From positions 2,592,001-2,656,000 of the forward strand of contig OZ253564.1 of assembly GCA_965262915.1 (NCBI GenBank): a DNA stretch of 64,000 nt, written 5' to 3'. Source of the DNA: Candidatus Spongiisociaceae bacterium (GTDB lineage: Bacteria; Actinomycetota; Acidimicrobiia; Spongiisociales; Spongiisociaceae). Each line of letters opens with the position of its first letter. Within the stretch, counting starts at the first letter, position 1. Below the pieces are notes generated by a model, which did no database searches, was not told where the DNA came from, and saw nothing but the letters and a program-made list of their open reading frames with translations. Below are positions 46,154 to 56,809 of the stretch, in pieces. The translations under genes and the position numbers were made by a program.

Positions 46154-46921
46154 TCAGCTGGGCTCGAAGATGGTGAAGGTTCCCTTCTGATCGTCGTTCA
46201 CCACCGCGAAGCGGCCGACCATGATGTCGGTCACCGGAACGCAGACATCCCCGCCCAGACTGGTCACCTTGGCGGCCGTCGCATCGGCGTCCTCCACCTG
46301 GATGTAGACCATCCAGTGGGGCGGTATCTCGCCCCAGTTCTCGTCCATCTCCAGCACCCCGCATACCAGGAAATCGCCGACGGAGGCTAGGTGGTAGTTG
46401 CCGCCCTGAGGCATCGGCATGCTGGTCCACTCCCAACCGAACAGGCTGGTGTAGAAGCTCTTGGTGGACTCCAGGTCACGGCTGTAGAGCTCGTTCCAGG
46501 CCAGGGCGCCGGGGCTGCGGATGATCTCCGCCCCACCGAATTCGAGGGCCTGCCAGAGGAACACCGAAGCGCCGCCCGGGTCCTGCATCAACGCGACCCG
46601 CCCGTTTCCCACATCGGCGGGTCCCATCATGAACGTCGCACCCAGACTCCTCGCCCGCTCCGCGGTCGCGTCCAGGTCGTCGGTGGCGACGTAGGAGAAC
46701 CAGTGTGGCGGGACCCCTTCAGGCAGCATCCCCGGCATTGCCGGTCCGAGAGCCCCGACGCTTTTTCCGTCCAGGTTGAACATGGTGTACGACATTCCCG
46801 AATCGCCCATGGGTACATCCGTCCAGTCCCAACCGAAGAGGTTGCCGTAGAAGGCCTTACCCCGATCCTGGTCAGGCAGGTAGATGTCCATCCAACAGAA
46901 AGTGCCCTGTGGGTGCTTCAC
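46154..46921 (-). CDS. VOC/glyoxalase family protein (CFP32/Rv0577-like, two domains)
   Basis: GTFCWMD, FYGNLFGW, PPHWFSY, DPGGA, WNEL, HWMVY. Confidence 0.92.
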   Translation of the reverse strand: MKHPQGTFCWMDIYLPDQDRGKAFYGNLFGWDWTDVPMGDSGMSYTMFNLDGKSVGALGPAMPGMLPEGVPPHWFSYVATDDLDATAERARSLGATFMMGPADVGNGRVALMQDPGGASVFLWQALEFGGAEIIRSPGALAWNELYSRDLESTKSFYTSLFGWEWTSMPMPQGGNYHLASVGDFLVCGVLEMDENWGEIPPHWMVYIQVEDADATAAKVTSLGGDVCVPVTDIMVGRFAVVNDDQKGTFTIFEPS

Positions 46922-47235
46922 GCTTGCTCCTTGTCATTCGAGGATCACTGGAACTCCGGCGGTGAGAGGACCGGTCCAGATGGTGATCCTAGGAGAATCC
47001 GATGGTTGTGCGGCCAACACGCCGAACGCCTCGGGTTCGGTTCGGCCACTCTCGCGAACTACCGGAGCGGAGGTTGCAGTGCATGGACAGATCTTGCCCG
47101 AGCGACTCCGGCTGCCTTCACTCCTCGGTCGTCACCGGGACGCCGACGAAATCCCCCCGATGAGCCCAGAGACCCTGGCCCGGGTTGGAGACGAAGTAGA
47201 TCCTCTCACCGTCCACATCGTTCCAGCCCTCCACA

Positions 47236-47310
47236 GTTGGCGCCAGATCCACAGCGTCGAGCAGAAAGTTGTCGGGATGGATCACCTCGATGCTGTACGG
47301 CGCGAGGCTG
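47236..47310 (-). pseudogene. Short remnant of a PIN-domain protein C-terminal region
   Basis: SLAPYSIEVIHPDNFLLDAVDLAP resembles the HPDxFL motif of actinobacterial PIN proteins; the rest of the gene is absent. Confidence 0.45.
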
Positions 47311-47433
47311 AAAAGACGGGTAATTGGTTGGCCCTCCGTCCGCTGACGTGGCATTTTGTCATCGACCGTCGGGCCAACGGGGGGTTTCTCAGCCCTCTTC
47401 TAGGTGCGGGTCGAGCCTTGAGGGCCGGCTCGG

Positions 47434-48348
47434 TCAGCGCCGCGCCTCGAGTTCGGCCTTCACCTGCGCGGCCGCTTTCATGTCCGAGACCCTGACCACT
47501 ATCGAACCGATTCCAAGTGCCGCCAGACGCTCGAACCCGGCTACCACCTCCGGTAGCGTGCCGACCTGGAGGAAGGGCGACTCCCGGACCTGGTCCGGGC
47601 CGACACCATGGTCGGCGGCCACGGACTCCACCAGTTGCCTCGATCGGCTCCCCACCGCGACGCGGTACAGCAGCACGTCGATGAGCGCGTTCCTGGTGCT
47701 CTCCGCCCGAGCGGTGCGGACCTTGCCCGACACTTCGTCGAATGTGGTCGAGGCGGCCACCGCCGGCATGTCGGCCCGTTTCCCGCTCGCGAGCGAGATG
47801 CCGATCGACACCACGTCGGCCACCTCGGCGGCGACCCGGAGAATCCTGGGGCCCCCACCTCCCACGATGATGGGAGGGTGGGGCTGCTGCACCGGTCGGG
47901 TCATCGGATCGAGGCGTGCCCGGTACCACCGCCCTTCGTGGTCCACCTCGCCGTCGGTCCAGCACCGGCGGATCAGGTGCACGGCCTCTGCCAGCCTCGA
48001 GATGCGGTCGGCGGGCCGGTCCATGCTCAGGCCCACCGCCCGGTAGTCGGCGGGCCACCAGCCGGCGCCGATCCCCAGCTCGACCCGGCCCTCGGAGAGT
48101 ACGTCCAGGGCCGCGAAATCTCTGGCCACCATGGCCGGGTGACGAAGATCGTTGGCCAGCATGTATGCGCCCACGCGGAGGGACGTGGCCGCCGCGACCG
48201 CGGCCAGGGTGGGCACGGGGGAGATCACCTCGTTGAAGTGGTCGGGGACGTAGAAGACGTCGAATCCCAACGATTCCGCCCGCCTGGCCACCTCGATCAC
48301 GGGCCCTTCCCCCACGGGAGGCGCGAACAGCACGCCGAACCTGGGCAT
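47434..48348 (-). CDS. LLM-class (probably F420-dependent) oxidoreductase
   Basis: GFDVFYVPDHF, LANDLRHPA, LSEGRVELGIGAGW, PVQQPHPPIIVGGGG; the start could be 48390. Confidence 0.9.
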   Translation of the reverse strand: MPRFGVLFAPPVGEGPVIEVARRAESLGFDVFYVPDHFNEVISPVPTLAAVAAATSLRVGAYMLANDLRHPAMVARDFAALDVLSEGRVELGIGAGWWPADYRAVGLSMDRPADRISRLAEAVHLIRRCWTDGEVDHEGRWYRARLDPMTRPVQQPHPPIIVGGGGPRILRVAAEVADVVSIGISLASGKRADMPAVAASTTFDEVSGKVRTARAESTRNALIDVLLYRVAVGSRSRQLVESVAADHGVGPDQVRESPFLQVGTLPEVVAGFERLAALGIGSIVVRVSDMKAAAQVKAELEARR

Positions 48349-48373
48349 CGGCGCTCGGCGGGACGGAACCACG

Positions 48374-48841
48374 CTACGGTCCGGCGCCATGCGAGGACGG
48401 GCCCAGGCCTCGACCGATTGCCCGGGACGCGGCGCGGGCGGTGGCCACGACCCTCGTAGCGACGCTCTCCTCGATCAGCCCCGCGGAGGGCAGGGTGGCT
48501 GAGACGGCGCCGACCAGTGCGCCGCCCAGGCCGAAGACGGGTGCCGCGACGCTCGCCCACCCGAGCACGCACTCCTCCCTCTCGGCGCCCCAACCGCGCC
48601 GGCGTATCTGATCGAACTGTTCCAAGAGCACGGAAGGTACCACGATGGTGTAGGGGGTCACGCTTTCTAGCTCTCGCCCTGCCATGTCCCGGGCGACATC
48701 GGGAGGTGAGAAGGCCACCAGCACCTTGCCGGTGGCGGTGACGGTGCCGCACAGAGGCAGCCGGCCCGCCAGGCGGCTGCCCAGCTCGAACAGCTTCAGG
48801 CCCAGACGGTATCTCCGGCCCTCCCGCTCGATCAGCCCGGC
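48374..48841 (-). pseudogene. IclR-family regulator remnant (HTH missing, internal deletion)
   Basis: GLIEREGRRYRLGLKLFELGSR joins directly to LAGRLPL..TATGKVLVAF, then EECVLGWASVAAPV; no start codon. Confidence 0.75.
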
Positions 48842-49160
48842 CCCTCGACCGTCATCGGGTTGATGGCCCGACCCACGTCGTGGGCGGCCCAGAGGCCGAG
48901 AAGTGTCACCTCTCCCGTGTCCGGATCGACCTCGACCTCGGCAACGTGCGCGCCGAAGCCGTAGGTAGCCGAGATGTTGCCGATGTACTCCTTGTTCCGG
49001 CGTTCGGTTGGCGGGTCGTAGAAGGCCGTGGTCATGATCACCGAGCCCTCTTCTTTGAGAAGGAGCCGGCGGATGGCGCGGGATAGTCCACCCTCCGCTC
49101 CGGATCGGATGCGGAACGGATGTTCCCGTTCTCGATCACCGGGTCGTCCGTCGCGGCGGG
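48842..49160 (-). pseudogene. Fragment of a xanthine dehydrogenase-family molybdopterin-binding subunit
   Basis: TYGFGAHVAEVEVDPDTGEVTLLGLWAAHDVGRAINPMTVEG; truncated at both ends and frameshifted near 49085. Confidence 0.8.
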
Positions 49161-49201
49161 GGATGCGGATTCTCTTCGAGAGCCGGCGACCGTACATGTC
49201 G

Positions 49202-51214
49202 TCAACGGGTGGCCTCGGCCACTTCTCGCATCTCCCTCCTCAATTCGGCTACCTCATCCCGGAGCCGGGCGGCGTACTCGAAACGGAGTTCCCGGGCGGC
49301 CTCTCGCATCTCGTCCTCGAGGCTCTGTATGAGGCGTCCCAGGTCCTCACCCGCCAGCTCGATGGGCGCCCGGACCTCCATGTCGGGACGGCGCCTCCTC
49401 CGGCCGGACGTCTTCCCCGAAGAGACCAGCTCGAGGATGTCGGCCACCTTCTTGCGGATCGTCTGGGGATCGATCCCGTGCGCTGCGTTGTGCTGAATCT
49501 GCCGGCTCCGGCGCCGGTTGGTCTCCCCGATGGCCGCTCCCATCGAGGCGGTCACCTCATCGGCGTACATGATCACCCGACCGGACACGTTGCGGGCGGC
49601 CCGGCCGATTATCTGGATGAGGCTGGTCTCGGACCGGAGGAATCCTTCCTTGTCGGCGTCGAGGATGGCCACCAGGGACACTTCCGGGAGGTCGAGGCCT
49701 TCCCGCAGCAGGTTGATGCCCACCAGCACGTCGTACTCCCCCAGGCGCAGGTCCCGCAGCAGCTCTATCCGCTCCAGGGTGTCGATCTCCGAGTGCAGGT
49801 ACCGGGCCCGCACCCCCATCTCCAGCAGGTAGTCAGTCAGGTCCTCCGACATCTTCTTGGTAAGGGTCGTGACCAGCACCCGCTCGTCGACAATGGCTTG
49901 GGCACGGATCTCCTCCAGGAGATCGTCGATCTGACCCTTGGCGGGACGCACCACCACCTCGGGATCCACCAGCCCGGTCGGCCGGACGATCTGCTCGACG
50001 ATGTTGGCGGATTGGCGGCGCTCGAACGGGCTGGGGGTGGCCGAGGAGAAGACGACCTGGCCGGTCTTCTCCAACCACTCGTCGAAGCGCAGGGGACGGT
50101 TGTCGACCGCCGACGGCAGGCGAAAACCGTGCTCGACCAGTACGTCCTTGCGGCTCCGGTCGGCCTCGTACTGCCCGTGGAGTTGCGGTATGGCCACATG
50201 GCTCTCGTCGATGATGGTGATGAAGTCGTCGGGGAAGTAGTCGAGCAGTGTGTAGGGGGCTTCTCCGGGGGCCCGACCGTCTATATGCCGGCTGTAGTTC
50301 TCGATCCCGGAACAGAAACCGATCTCTCGGATCATCTCCATATCGTAGGTGGTGCGCATCCGGAGGCGCTGGGCCTCGAGCAGTTTCCCCTGCCGCTCGA
50401 GCTCGGACAGCCGCTCTGCCAGCTCCAGCTCGATCTGCACCAAGGCCCGTTCCATCCGTTCCCGGGTGACGGCGTAATGGGAGGCGGGATAGACCCAGAG
50501 CTCCTTCAATTCCTCGATGATCTCGCCGGTTACCGGGTTCATGCGCACTATGCGCTCCACCTCGTCGCCGAAGTATTCCACCCGGGCGATGGTCTCCTCG
50601 TAGGCGGGGAAGACCTCCAGGGTGTCACCCCGAACCCGGAACCGACCCCGTACGAGGTTCACCTCGTTGCGTTCGTACTGGATGTTGACCAGCCGCCGGA
50701 TCGCTTCGTGGAGCGGGTACTCCACCCCTCTGACCAGCCGGAGGACCTGCCCGGCGTACTCCTCCGGACTGCCCAGCCCGTAGATGCAGGACACGCTGGC
50801 GACGATCACCACGTCGTCCCGGAACAGCAGCGACGACGTGGCGGCGTGCCGCAACCGATCGATCTCGTCGTTGATGGTGGCGTCCTTCTCGATATACGTG
50901 TCGGTGTGGGGGATGTACGCCTCGGGCTGGTAGTAGTCGTAGTAAGACACGAAGTACTCGACCCGGTTCTCGGGGAAGAACTGGCGGAACTCCGAGGCCA
51001 GCTGGGCGGCCAGGGCCTTGTTGGGGGCTATGACGAGGGCCGGACGCTGGGTGCCCTCGATCGCCCAGGCAATGGTGGCCGACTTTCCCGATCCGGTGAT
51101 GCCGAGCAGGGTCTGGAAGTGATCCCCTCGCTCCACCCCTTCCACCAGGGATTCGATTGCGGCAGGCTGGTCTCCCGCCGGCCGGAACTCGGAGTGCACA
51201 CGAAACTCGGCCAT
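49202..51214 (-). CDS. uvrB: Excinuclease ABC subunit B
   Basis: [50 protein letters not shown]-terminal UVR domain. Confidence 0.98.
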   Translation of the reverse strand: MAEFRVHSEFRPAGDQPAAIESLVEGVERGDHFQTLLGITGSGKSATIAWAIEGTQRPALVIAPNKALAAQLASEFRQFFPENRVEYFVSYYDYYQPEAYIPHTDTYIEKDATINDEIDRLRHAATSSLLFRDDVVIVASVSCIYGLGSPEEYAGQVLRLVRGVEYPLHEAIRRLVNIQYERNEVNLVRGRFRVRGDTLEVFPAYEETIARVEYFGDEVERIVRMNPVTGEIIEELKELWVYPASHYAVTRERMERALVQIELELAERLSELERQGKLLEAQRLRMRTTYDMEMIREIGFCSGIENYSRHIDGRAPGEAPYTLLDYFPDDFITIIDESHVAIPQLHGQYEADRSRKDVLVEHGFRLPSAVDNRPLRFDEWLEKTGQVVFSSATPSPFERRQSANIVEQIVRPTGLVDPEVVVRPAKGQIDDLLEEIRAQAIVDERVLVTTLTKKMSEDLTDYLLEMGVRARYLHSEIDTLERIELLRDLRLGEYDVLVGINLLREGLDLPEVSLVAILDADKEGFLRSETSLIQIIGRAARNVSGRVIMYADEVTASMGAAIGETNRRRSRQIQHNAAHGIDPQTIRKKVADILELVSSGKTSGRRRRRPDMEVRAPIELAGEDLGRLIQSLEDEMREAARELRFEYAARLRDEVAELRREMREVAEATR

Positions 51215-51230
51215 CCGGCCGAGTCTAGGA

Positions 51231-51320
51231 GGTTGCCGGTTGCCGGTTGCCAGGTGCCAGGTGCCAGGTGCCAGGTGCCAGGTGCCAGGTGCCAGGTAGG
51301 TGCCGGCTACCGGTTACCGG
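51231..51320 (+). repeat. Heptamer tandem array (GGTTGCC/AGGTGCC) between coaE and uvrB
   Basis: ggttgcc x3, aggtgcc x6, then degenerate units that overlap the coaE stop. Confidence 0.9.
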
Positions 51321-51891
51321 CCATCAGTCGCTTGACCAGCCGGTCGACTTCCGAGACGAGCGACTCTCCGGGTCCTCCGTTGTCCAGTACCAGATCGGCG
51401 GCCGAGCGCCAGTCGTCACGGCTCGGTTGGGCGGCCATCCGGGCATCGATGTCGTCCTCCGTCAGGCCGCGCCGGCGGAGCCGCTCCTTCCTCGTTTCGA
51501 TGGGAGCATCCACCGTGACCCGGACCCAGCTCGCGTCGGCCAGATCCGCGAGGACCGGGATCTCCACGGCTGCCGGACGGTTTCCCACCTCGCTTCCCCA
51601 CTGCTCGATCGCCTCACGGATCGCCGGGTGGGTGAGGGCTTCGAGTTCTTCCAGTTGCGACTCGTCGTCGAACACGATCCGTCCCAGCCTGCCACGATCG
51701 ATCCGCCTCTCGACCACCGCCTCCGGCCAGCGCAACGCAACCCGGGCGGCCACCGGATGGCCGGGTGCGAGTACCCGATGGCCTAACCGGTCGGCATCCA
51801 GTACGGAGAACCCCCGCTCGGCCAGCATCCGACCGACCTCCGATTTGCCCGAGCCGATACCGCCACCGATGACGATACGAACCGGTCTTAT
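51307..51891 (-). CDS. coaE: Dephospho-CoA kinase (start uncertain)
   Basis: [38 protein letters not shown]; rpsA-coaE-uvrB synteny. Confidence 0.9.
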   Translation of the reverse strand: MRPVRIVIGGGIGSGKSEVGRMLAERGFSVLDADRLGHRVLAPGHPVAARVALRWPEAVVERRIDRGRLGRIVFDDESQLEELEALTHPAIREAIEQWGSEVGNRPAAVEIPVLADLADASWVRVTVDAPIETRKERLRRRGLTEDDIDARMAAQPSRDDWRSAADLVLDNGGPGESLVSEVDRLVKRLMAGNR

Positions 51892-51949
51892 GGTTGGTCC
51901 CGAAGGTCGAGGGTGCGGTCGGGTCCGATCCGCACCACGGAGCCAGCGC

Positions 51950-53374
51950 TCAGCGCCGGCCGATGCCGCGCTCCTTGAGTTCCTGGAGGATCGCTTCGAG
52001 CGAGGCGTCCACATCGAAGGTCCGCTGCTCTTCCTTCTTCTCGGCCCGCTCGAACTCGGCGACGGCCGGTCGGCGGCGGCGGGGCGGGCGGTGACCGGAT
52101 GCCCCCCGGGCGCTGAACTCGGGGAGGGCCTGCTTGATGGAGAAACTCACTCGTCGCCGCGCCTCGTCCATCTCGGTCAGCTTGACCTTCACCATCTGGC
52201 CGATCGACAACTCCAACTCGGGTGACTCCACCCGGTGCATGGCGATCTCCGATACGTGCACGAGGCCCTCGACTCCGTTCCCTACCGCCACGAAAGCCCC
52301 GAACGGAACGGTCTTGATGACGGTGCCCTCGAGGACGGCGCCTACTTCGTGCTTGGTACTGAACGCCTGCCATGGGTCGGGGGTGGTCTGCTTGATGGAC
52401 AGCGAGATGCGTTCCCGGTTGAGGTCGATTTCGAGGACCTTGATCGAAACCTGCTGGCCGACCTTCACCACCTCCGAAGGGTGGTTGACGTGCTGCCAGC
52501 TCAACTCCGACACGTGTACCAGCCCGTCCATGCCCCCCAGATCCACGAAGGCGCCGAAGTTGACCACCGACGAGACCACGCCTGACCGGTCCTCGCCTTC
52601 CTCCAAGGCGTCAAGGAACGCGCTTCTCTGCTCGGCTTGAGCCTCCTCGAGGTAGGCGCGGCGGGAGAGCACCACGTTGTTGCGGTTACGGTCCAACTCG
52701 ATGACCTTCGCCTCGATGTCTTGCCCGATGAACGGTTCCAGATCGCGGACCCTGCGCAGATCGACCAGGGAGGCGGGCAGGAAGCCGCGCAGGCCGATGT
52801 CGACGATCAGCCCGCCCTTCACCACCTCGATCACGGTTCCTTTCACCGTGCCGCTCTGCTCTTTGACCGCTTCGATCTGTCCCCACACCCGCTCGTAGAG
52901 GGCCCGCTTCTTCGAAAGTATGAGGCGGCCCTCTTCGTCTTCCTTTTCGAGGACGAGGACTTCGATGTGCTGGCCGATCGATATGATATCGCCAGGCGCG
53001 ACGTTCTTGCGGATCGACAGTTCCTTGAGCGGCACGACACCCTCGGACTTGTATCCGATGTCCACCAGGACCTCGTCCTGCTCGATGTTCACCACCTGGC
53101 CCTCGATGATGTCGCCTTCCTTGAACTCGAGGACGGTCTCGGCTATGGCCGCTGCGAAGTCCTCCGGGCCTAGATCGTCGGGCAGCGAGGAGACGCTACG
53201 AGCCTTGATGGCCGGTGGTCCCATGATCGAACTGTTGTCGATGTCGGCGCTCAACGGGGCGGTGAATATGGCTGGGCGGCGGTCGGAGAGGCGGTCGGCG
53301 TCCGTAGTGGCCTCCGAGGCCGGGCGGTCACCGGCATCCTTCCGTACGTCGCGTGTAACTTGTGAATCTTGCAT
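51950..53374 (-). CDS. rpsA: 30S ribosomal protein S1
   Basis: Four S1 repeats: VDIGYKSEG, RGFLPASLV, FGAFVDLGGMDGLVHVSELSW, EGLVHVSE. Confidence 0.97.
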   Translation of the reverse strand: MQDSQVTRDVRKDAGDRPASEATTDADRLSDRRPAIFTAPLSADIDNSSIMGPPAIKARSVSSLPDDLGPEDFAAAIAETVLEFKEGDIIEGQVVNIEQDEVLVDIGYKSEGVVPLKELSIRKNVAPGDIISIGQHIEVLVLEKEDEEGRLILSKKRALYERVWGQIEAVKEQSGTVKGTVIEVVKGGLIVDIGLRGFLPASLVDLRRVRDLEPFIGQDIEAKVIELDRNRNNVVLSRRAYLEEAQAEQRSAFLDALEEGEDRSGVVSSVVNFGAFVDLGGMDGLVHVSELSWQHVNHPSEVVKVGQQVSIKVLEIDLNRERISLSIKQTTPDPWQAFSTKHEVGAVLEGTVIKTVPFGAFVAVGNGVEGLVHVSEIAMHRVESPELELSIGQMVKVKLTEMDEARRRVSFSIKQALPEFSARGASGHRPPRRRRPAVAEFERAEKKEEQRTFDVDASLEAILQELKERGIGRR

Positions 53375-53608
53375 CTAGCCGGCTGTGCAGTGGGGGGCCG
53401 GGGTCTTGGTGCTGTGCGGCCCTTCGATGTGGGTAGGGGCCGGTTCAGCACTAGCTTTCGTATCGAACATGAGTGGGTATGGACCTCCGAGCAGCAAGAA
53501 ACGCTCCGCTCGACGCGGAGCCGGGGCACTAGTAGCTTACCACTTCCTGGGCACGTGTGTGCGCCTCATTTTGGGGCGCTTCCTTTGGGTATCGCAATTG
53601 AGCCGCTC

Positions 53609-56290
53609 TCAGCTCTTGACCGATTCGAGGTCCGATCCTATTGCGATGTCGACGGTGAGCGGCACATCCAGTTGGACCACTCCTTCCATGACCTCCTTGA
53701 CCAGGTGAGCCGTGTCCGCCACCGTCACCCGGGTCGCCTCCAGCACCAACTCGTCGTGGATCTGCAGGAGCATCCTGGCATCGCGTTCGGGCAGAAGCCG
53801 GTCAAGTTCGATCATCGCTATCTTGATTACATCGGCCGCCGATCCCTGGACGGGGGCGTTGAGCGCCATCCGCTCCCCCATCTGGCGTATCCGGAAGTTG
53901 TCGGATGACAGTTCGGGCAGGTACCGGCGCCGGCCGAACAAAGTGGTGGTGTAGCCGGTTCTCCGGGCCTCGGCGACCACCGACCGCAGATAGTCGCGGA
54001 CATCGGGGAATTGCCGGAAGTAAGTGTCCATGTGCTCTTGGGCCTCATCCCGACTGATCTTCAACCGGTCGGCCAACCCGAACGCCTCCATCCCGTAGAG
54101 CAGGCCGAAGTTGATGGCCTTGGCCCGGCGGCGCAGGTCGGGGGTGACCAGATCGGTCGGGCAGCCGAAGACACGGGCCGCGGTGGTGGTGTGGATGTCC
54201 TCCCCGGCTCCGAATGCCTTGAGCAACCCCGGGTCCCGCGACAGGTGGGCGAGGATGCGCAGCTCGATCTGTGAATAGTCCGCCACGACGAAGTCGTGCC
54301 CCTCCGGAGCGACGAACGCGCGGCGGAGGGTCCGGCCCGTGCGCGAACGCACCGGAATGTTCTGGAGGTTGGGACGATCGGACGACAGCCGGCCGGTGGC
54401 CGCGCCCGTCTGGTTGAAGTGGGCGTGGATGCGGCCGTCCTGCCCCACCAAGGGCAGGTAACCGTCAACGTAGGTGCTGCGAAGCTTCTCGATCTCCCGG
54501 TACCGGAGTAGCAGGGCCACGATCGGGTGGGCATCCTCGAGCTTGGCGAGGACCGAGGCGTCGGTGCTGGGGGCCCCTTTCGGCGTCTTCTTGAGAACGG
54601 GGAGCCCCAGCCCATCGAACAGCACCTTGCGCAGCTGCAACGTCGAGTTGATGTTGAAAGCCTCCTCCGCCCAGCCGTGGATCTCGGCCTCGAGTCCTGC
54701 GAGTTCCTCGCGCAGCGAGGCGCCCATGGCCTCGAGATAGGTCCGGTCCACGAGTATTCCCGCCAACTCCATGCGGGCTAGGACCTGTACCAGCGGCAGT
54801 TCCATATCGCGGAACAGCGATATCTGGGCACGTTCCTCGAGCTTCGCCTCCATGACCGGGCGCAGCTGCCTGACCGCCACCGCCCGGGATCCGACGGCCT
54901 CGAGGTCCGGGCCGTCCCCGAAGTCCAGCATTCCCTGGCTCGATCCGTTGCCGTCCCCGTCCCCGCTCGTCAGGTCGATACCCAGGTACCGGGATGCCAG
55001 GTCCTCCAGCGTGTCGGATCGGGCGGCCGGGTCGATGATGTAGCCCGCCAGAACGGGATCGAACGCCGGACCGTCCAGGTCGTATCCGAGCTGGATCAGG
55101 CTGCGGAACAGTTCCTTGGACTCGTAGACCGAGATCGGCGTTCCCGGATCGGCTAGGGCACGCGCCAGGTGTGGGAGATGATCGATGGGAACGAAGAACA
55201 CCTCCTCCGCCGTTCCGTCGTCGCCGACCGGGCTATCCGGGTCCTCGCCCTCGCCGTCGGGCCGGAGGTCGTCGGGTATGGCCATCAGCCCTACCAGGTC
55301 GTCCCCGTCGTAGACCGGCTCGATCACCAGGCTCGGAGACCCGCCGAGTCTCGCCACCCGTTCAGCCGTCTGGAGCACCAGGACATCGACCTCGATGGGT
55401 GTGCCGGACATCTCCGATACCCCTTCCTCCAACTCCACCAGCCGGGTCCACAGCGACGAGAACTCCAGGCGGTCGAAGACCGCCCTGGTGGCGTCCCTGT
55501 CCGGGACGGCGCGCTGCATACGCCGGTTGTCGAGGCCGAGATCGAGATCGTCCACCAGAGCCATCAAGGAGCGGTTGCGGAAAACCTGCTCTCGGTGAGC
55601 GGCCAGGTTCTGCCGCAGCCGGGGGGTGTGATCGTCGATGTGTTCGAAGACGCCCTCCAAGTTTTCGAAGGTGGATACGAGACGGGCGGCCGTCTTGACA
55701 CCCACGCCGGGTACGCCGGGGAGGTTGTCCGAGGTGTCGCCCCGCAGGGAGGCGTAATCGACGTATTGATCGGGCCGGACTCCGTATTTGGTCTCTACCC
55801 AGGCCGGGTCGACCAGCACGATGTCGGTGATCCCGCGCCGCGTGTACACGACCTTCACCTTGGGGGTGACCAACTGGAAACTGTCCCGGTCGCCTGTCAC
55901 CACCAGCACGTCCCAGCCGTCCTTCCCTGCCTGGCGTACCAGGCTGGCGATCACATCGTCCGCCTCGTAGCCCGGCAACTCGACCTGGGTGATCTCCATC
56001 GCATCCAGCACTTCGCGGATCAGGGGCAGCTGGCTGCGGAATCGGTCCGGGGCGGATGCCCGATGGGCCTTGTACTGGGGGAAGAGTTCGGTCCGGAAGG
56101 TGGAACGCCCCACATCCCAGGCCACCACCAGCCCCTCCGGTGAATGATCGCCCAGCAGCTTGATCAGCATCGACGTGAAGCCGTACACCGCGTTGGTCAC
56201 CTCTCCGGAGCGGGTGGCCAGGTCGGGAGGAAGGGCGTAGAAAGCGCGGTAGGCCAGGCTGTGACCGTCGAGGAGTGCCAGGGTGGGCAT
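53609..56290 (-). CDS. polA: DNA polymerase I
   Basis: LLDGHSLAYRAF, EADD, GDTSDNLPGV, TGRLSS, ADYSQIELR, KAINFGLLYG, QIHDEL; TACGAT -10-like box just upstream of the ATG. Confidence 0.98.
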   Translation of the reverse strand: MPTLALLDGHSLAYRAFYALPPDLATRSGEVTNAVYGFTSMLIKLLGDHSPEGLVVAWDVGRSTFRTELFPQYKAHRASAPDRFRSQLPLIREVLDAMEITQVELPGYEADDVIASLVRQAGKDGWDVLVVTGDRDSFQLVTPKVKVVYTRRGITDIVLVDPAWVETKYGVRPDQYVDYASLRGDTSDNLPGVPGVGVKTAARLVSTFENLEGVFEHIDDHTPRLRQNLAAHREQVFRNRSLMALVDDLDLGLDNRRMQRAVPDRDATRAVFDRLEFSSLWTRLVELEEGVSEMSGTPIEVDVLVLQTAERVARLGGSPSLVIEPVYDGDDLVGLMAIPDDLRPDGEGEDPDSPVGDDGTAEEVFFVPIDHLPHLARALADPGTPISVYESKELFRSLIQLGYDLDGPAFDPVLAGYIIDPAARSDTLEDLASRYLGIDLTSGDGDGNGSSQGMLDFGDGPDLEAVGSRAVAVRQLRPVMEAKLEERAQISLFRDMELPLVQVLARMELAGILVDRTYLEAMGASLREELAGLEAEIHGWAEEAFNINSTLQLRKVLFDGLGLPVLKKTPKGAPSTDASVLAKLEDAHPIVALLLRYREIEKLRSTYVDGYLPLVGQDGRIHAHFNQTGAATGRLSSDRPNLQNIPVRSRTGRTLRRAFVAPEGHDFVVADYSQIELRILAHLSRDPGLLKAFGAGEDIHTTTAARVFGCPTDLVTPDLRRRAKAINFGLLYGMEAFGLADRLKISRDEAQEHMDTYFRQFPDVRDYLRSVVAEARRTGYTTTLFGRRRYLPELSSDNFRIRQMGERMALNAPVQGSAADVIKIAMIELDRLLPERDARMLLQIHDELVLEATRVTVADTAHLVKEVMEGVVQLDVPLTVDIAIGSDLESVKS

Positions 56291-56308
56291 ACGAGGATCG
56301 TAGCCCTT

Positions 56309-56466
56309 GGTCGGTTGCCAGTTGCCAGTTTCCGGTTGCCGGTGGTCGGTGGTCGGAGATCCGAGGTACTCAACTGCCGAGATAGGCCTTGCTAACGATG
56401 GGCAGGGGTGGTAGCCATTTACTGGCAACTGGCACCCTGCAACAGGTGCTAGGTGCCAGGTGCTAG
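56309..56466. repeat. Cluster of heptamer arrays in alternating orientation
   Basis: ggttgcc-agttgcc-agtttcc-ggttgcc-ggtggtc (56313-56355); actggca-actggca (56421-56434); aggtgct-aggtgcc-aggtgct (56444-56464). Confidence 0.8.
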
Positions 56467-56765
56467 CCCTGATTCTTCAGACACACGGGCCGATGTTCCA
56501 CTACCGGCCGGGTGAAGTCGACAAGTGCGCTCAGTCGCCGCTCACCCTGCGGGTGAAACGCCTGTACGGGACACCGGAGCTCGCCAGCCCTCAATAATCC
56601 CAGGTCAGAGGTCCCTGTGCCACCACCTTCGAGGACGTAGCCGTTCATGCCTGAAGAATTGGGGCTAGGTGCCAGTCCTCGATGATGGGTTCTGTGGCCA
56701 CCGACGGGACGGACAGGTCACCAACCTAGCTCAAAGACACCGAGAATCCTCCAGTCCCGCCACTC

Positions 56766-56808
56766 ACCACTGACACCTGGCACCTGGCAACTGGCAACTG
56801 GCAACTGA
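56766..56808 (-). repeat. Heptamer array at the 3' end of tRNA-Leu(CAA)
   Basis: cactga-cacctgg-cacctgg-caactgg-caactgg-caactga. Confidence 0.85.
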
Positions 56809-56809
56809 T

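Noticed and set aside
49028-52225. 1065-aa + strand ORF, and similar long antisense ORFs at 21483-23474 and 34527-36707
   Set aside because: Antisense to uvrB/coaE, pgk/tpiA and uvrA; an artefact of GC-biased codon usage.
53460-53480. LexA (SOS) box upstream of rpsA (TCGAACATGAGT...)
   Set aside because: Only one half-site matches TCGAAC-N4-GTTCGA.
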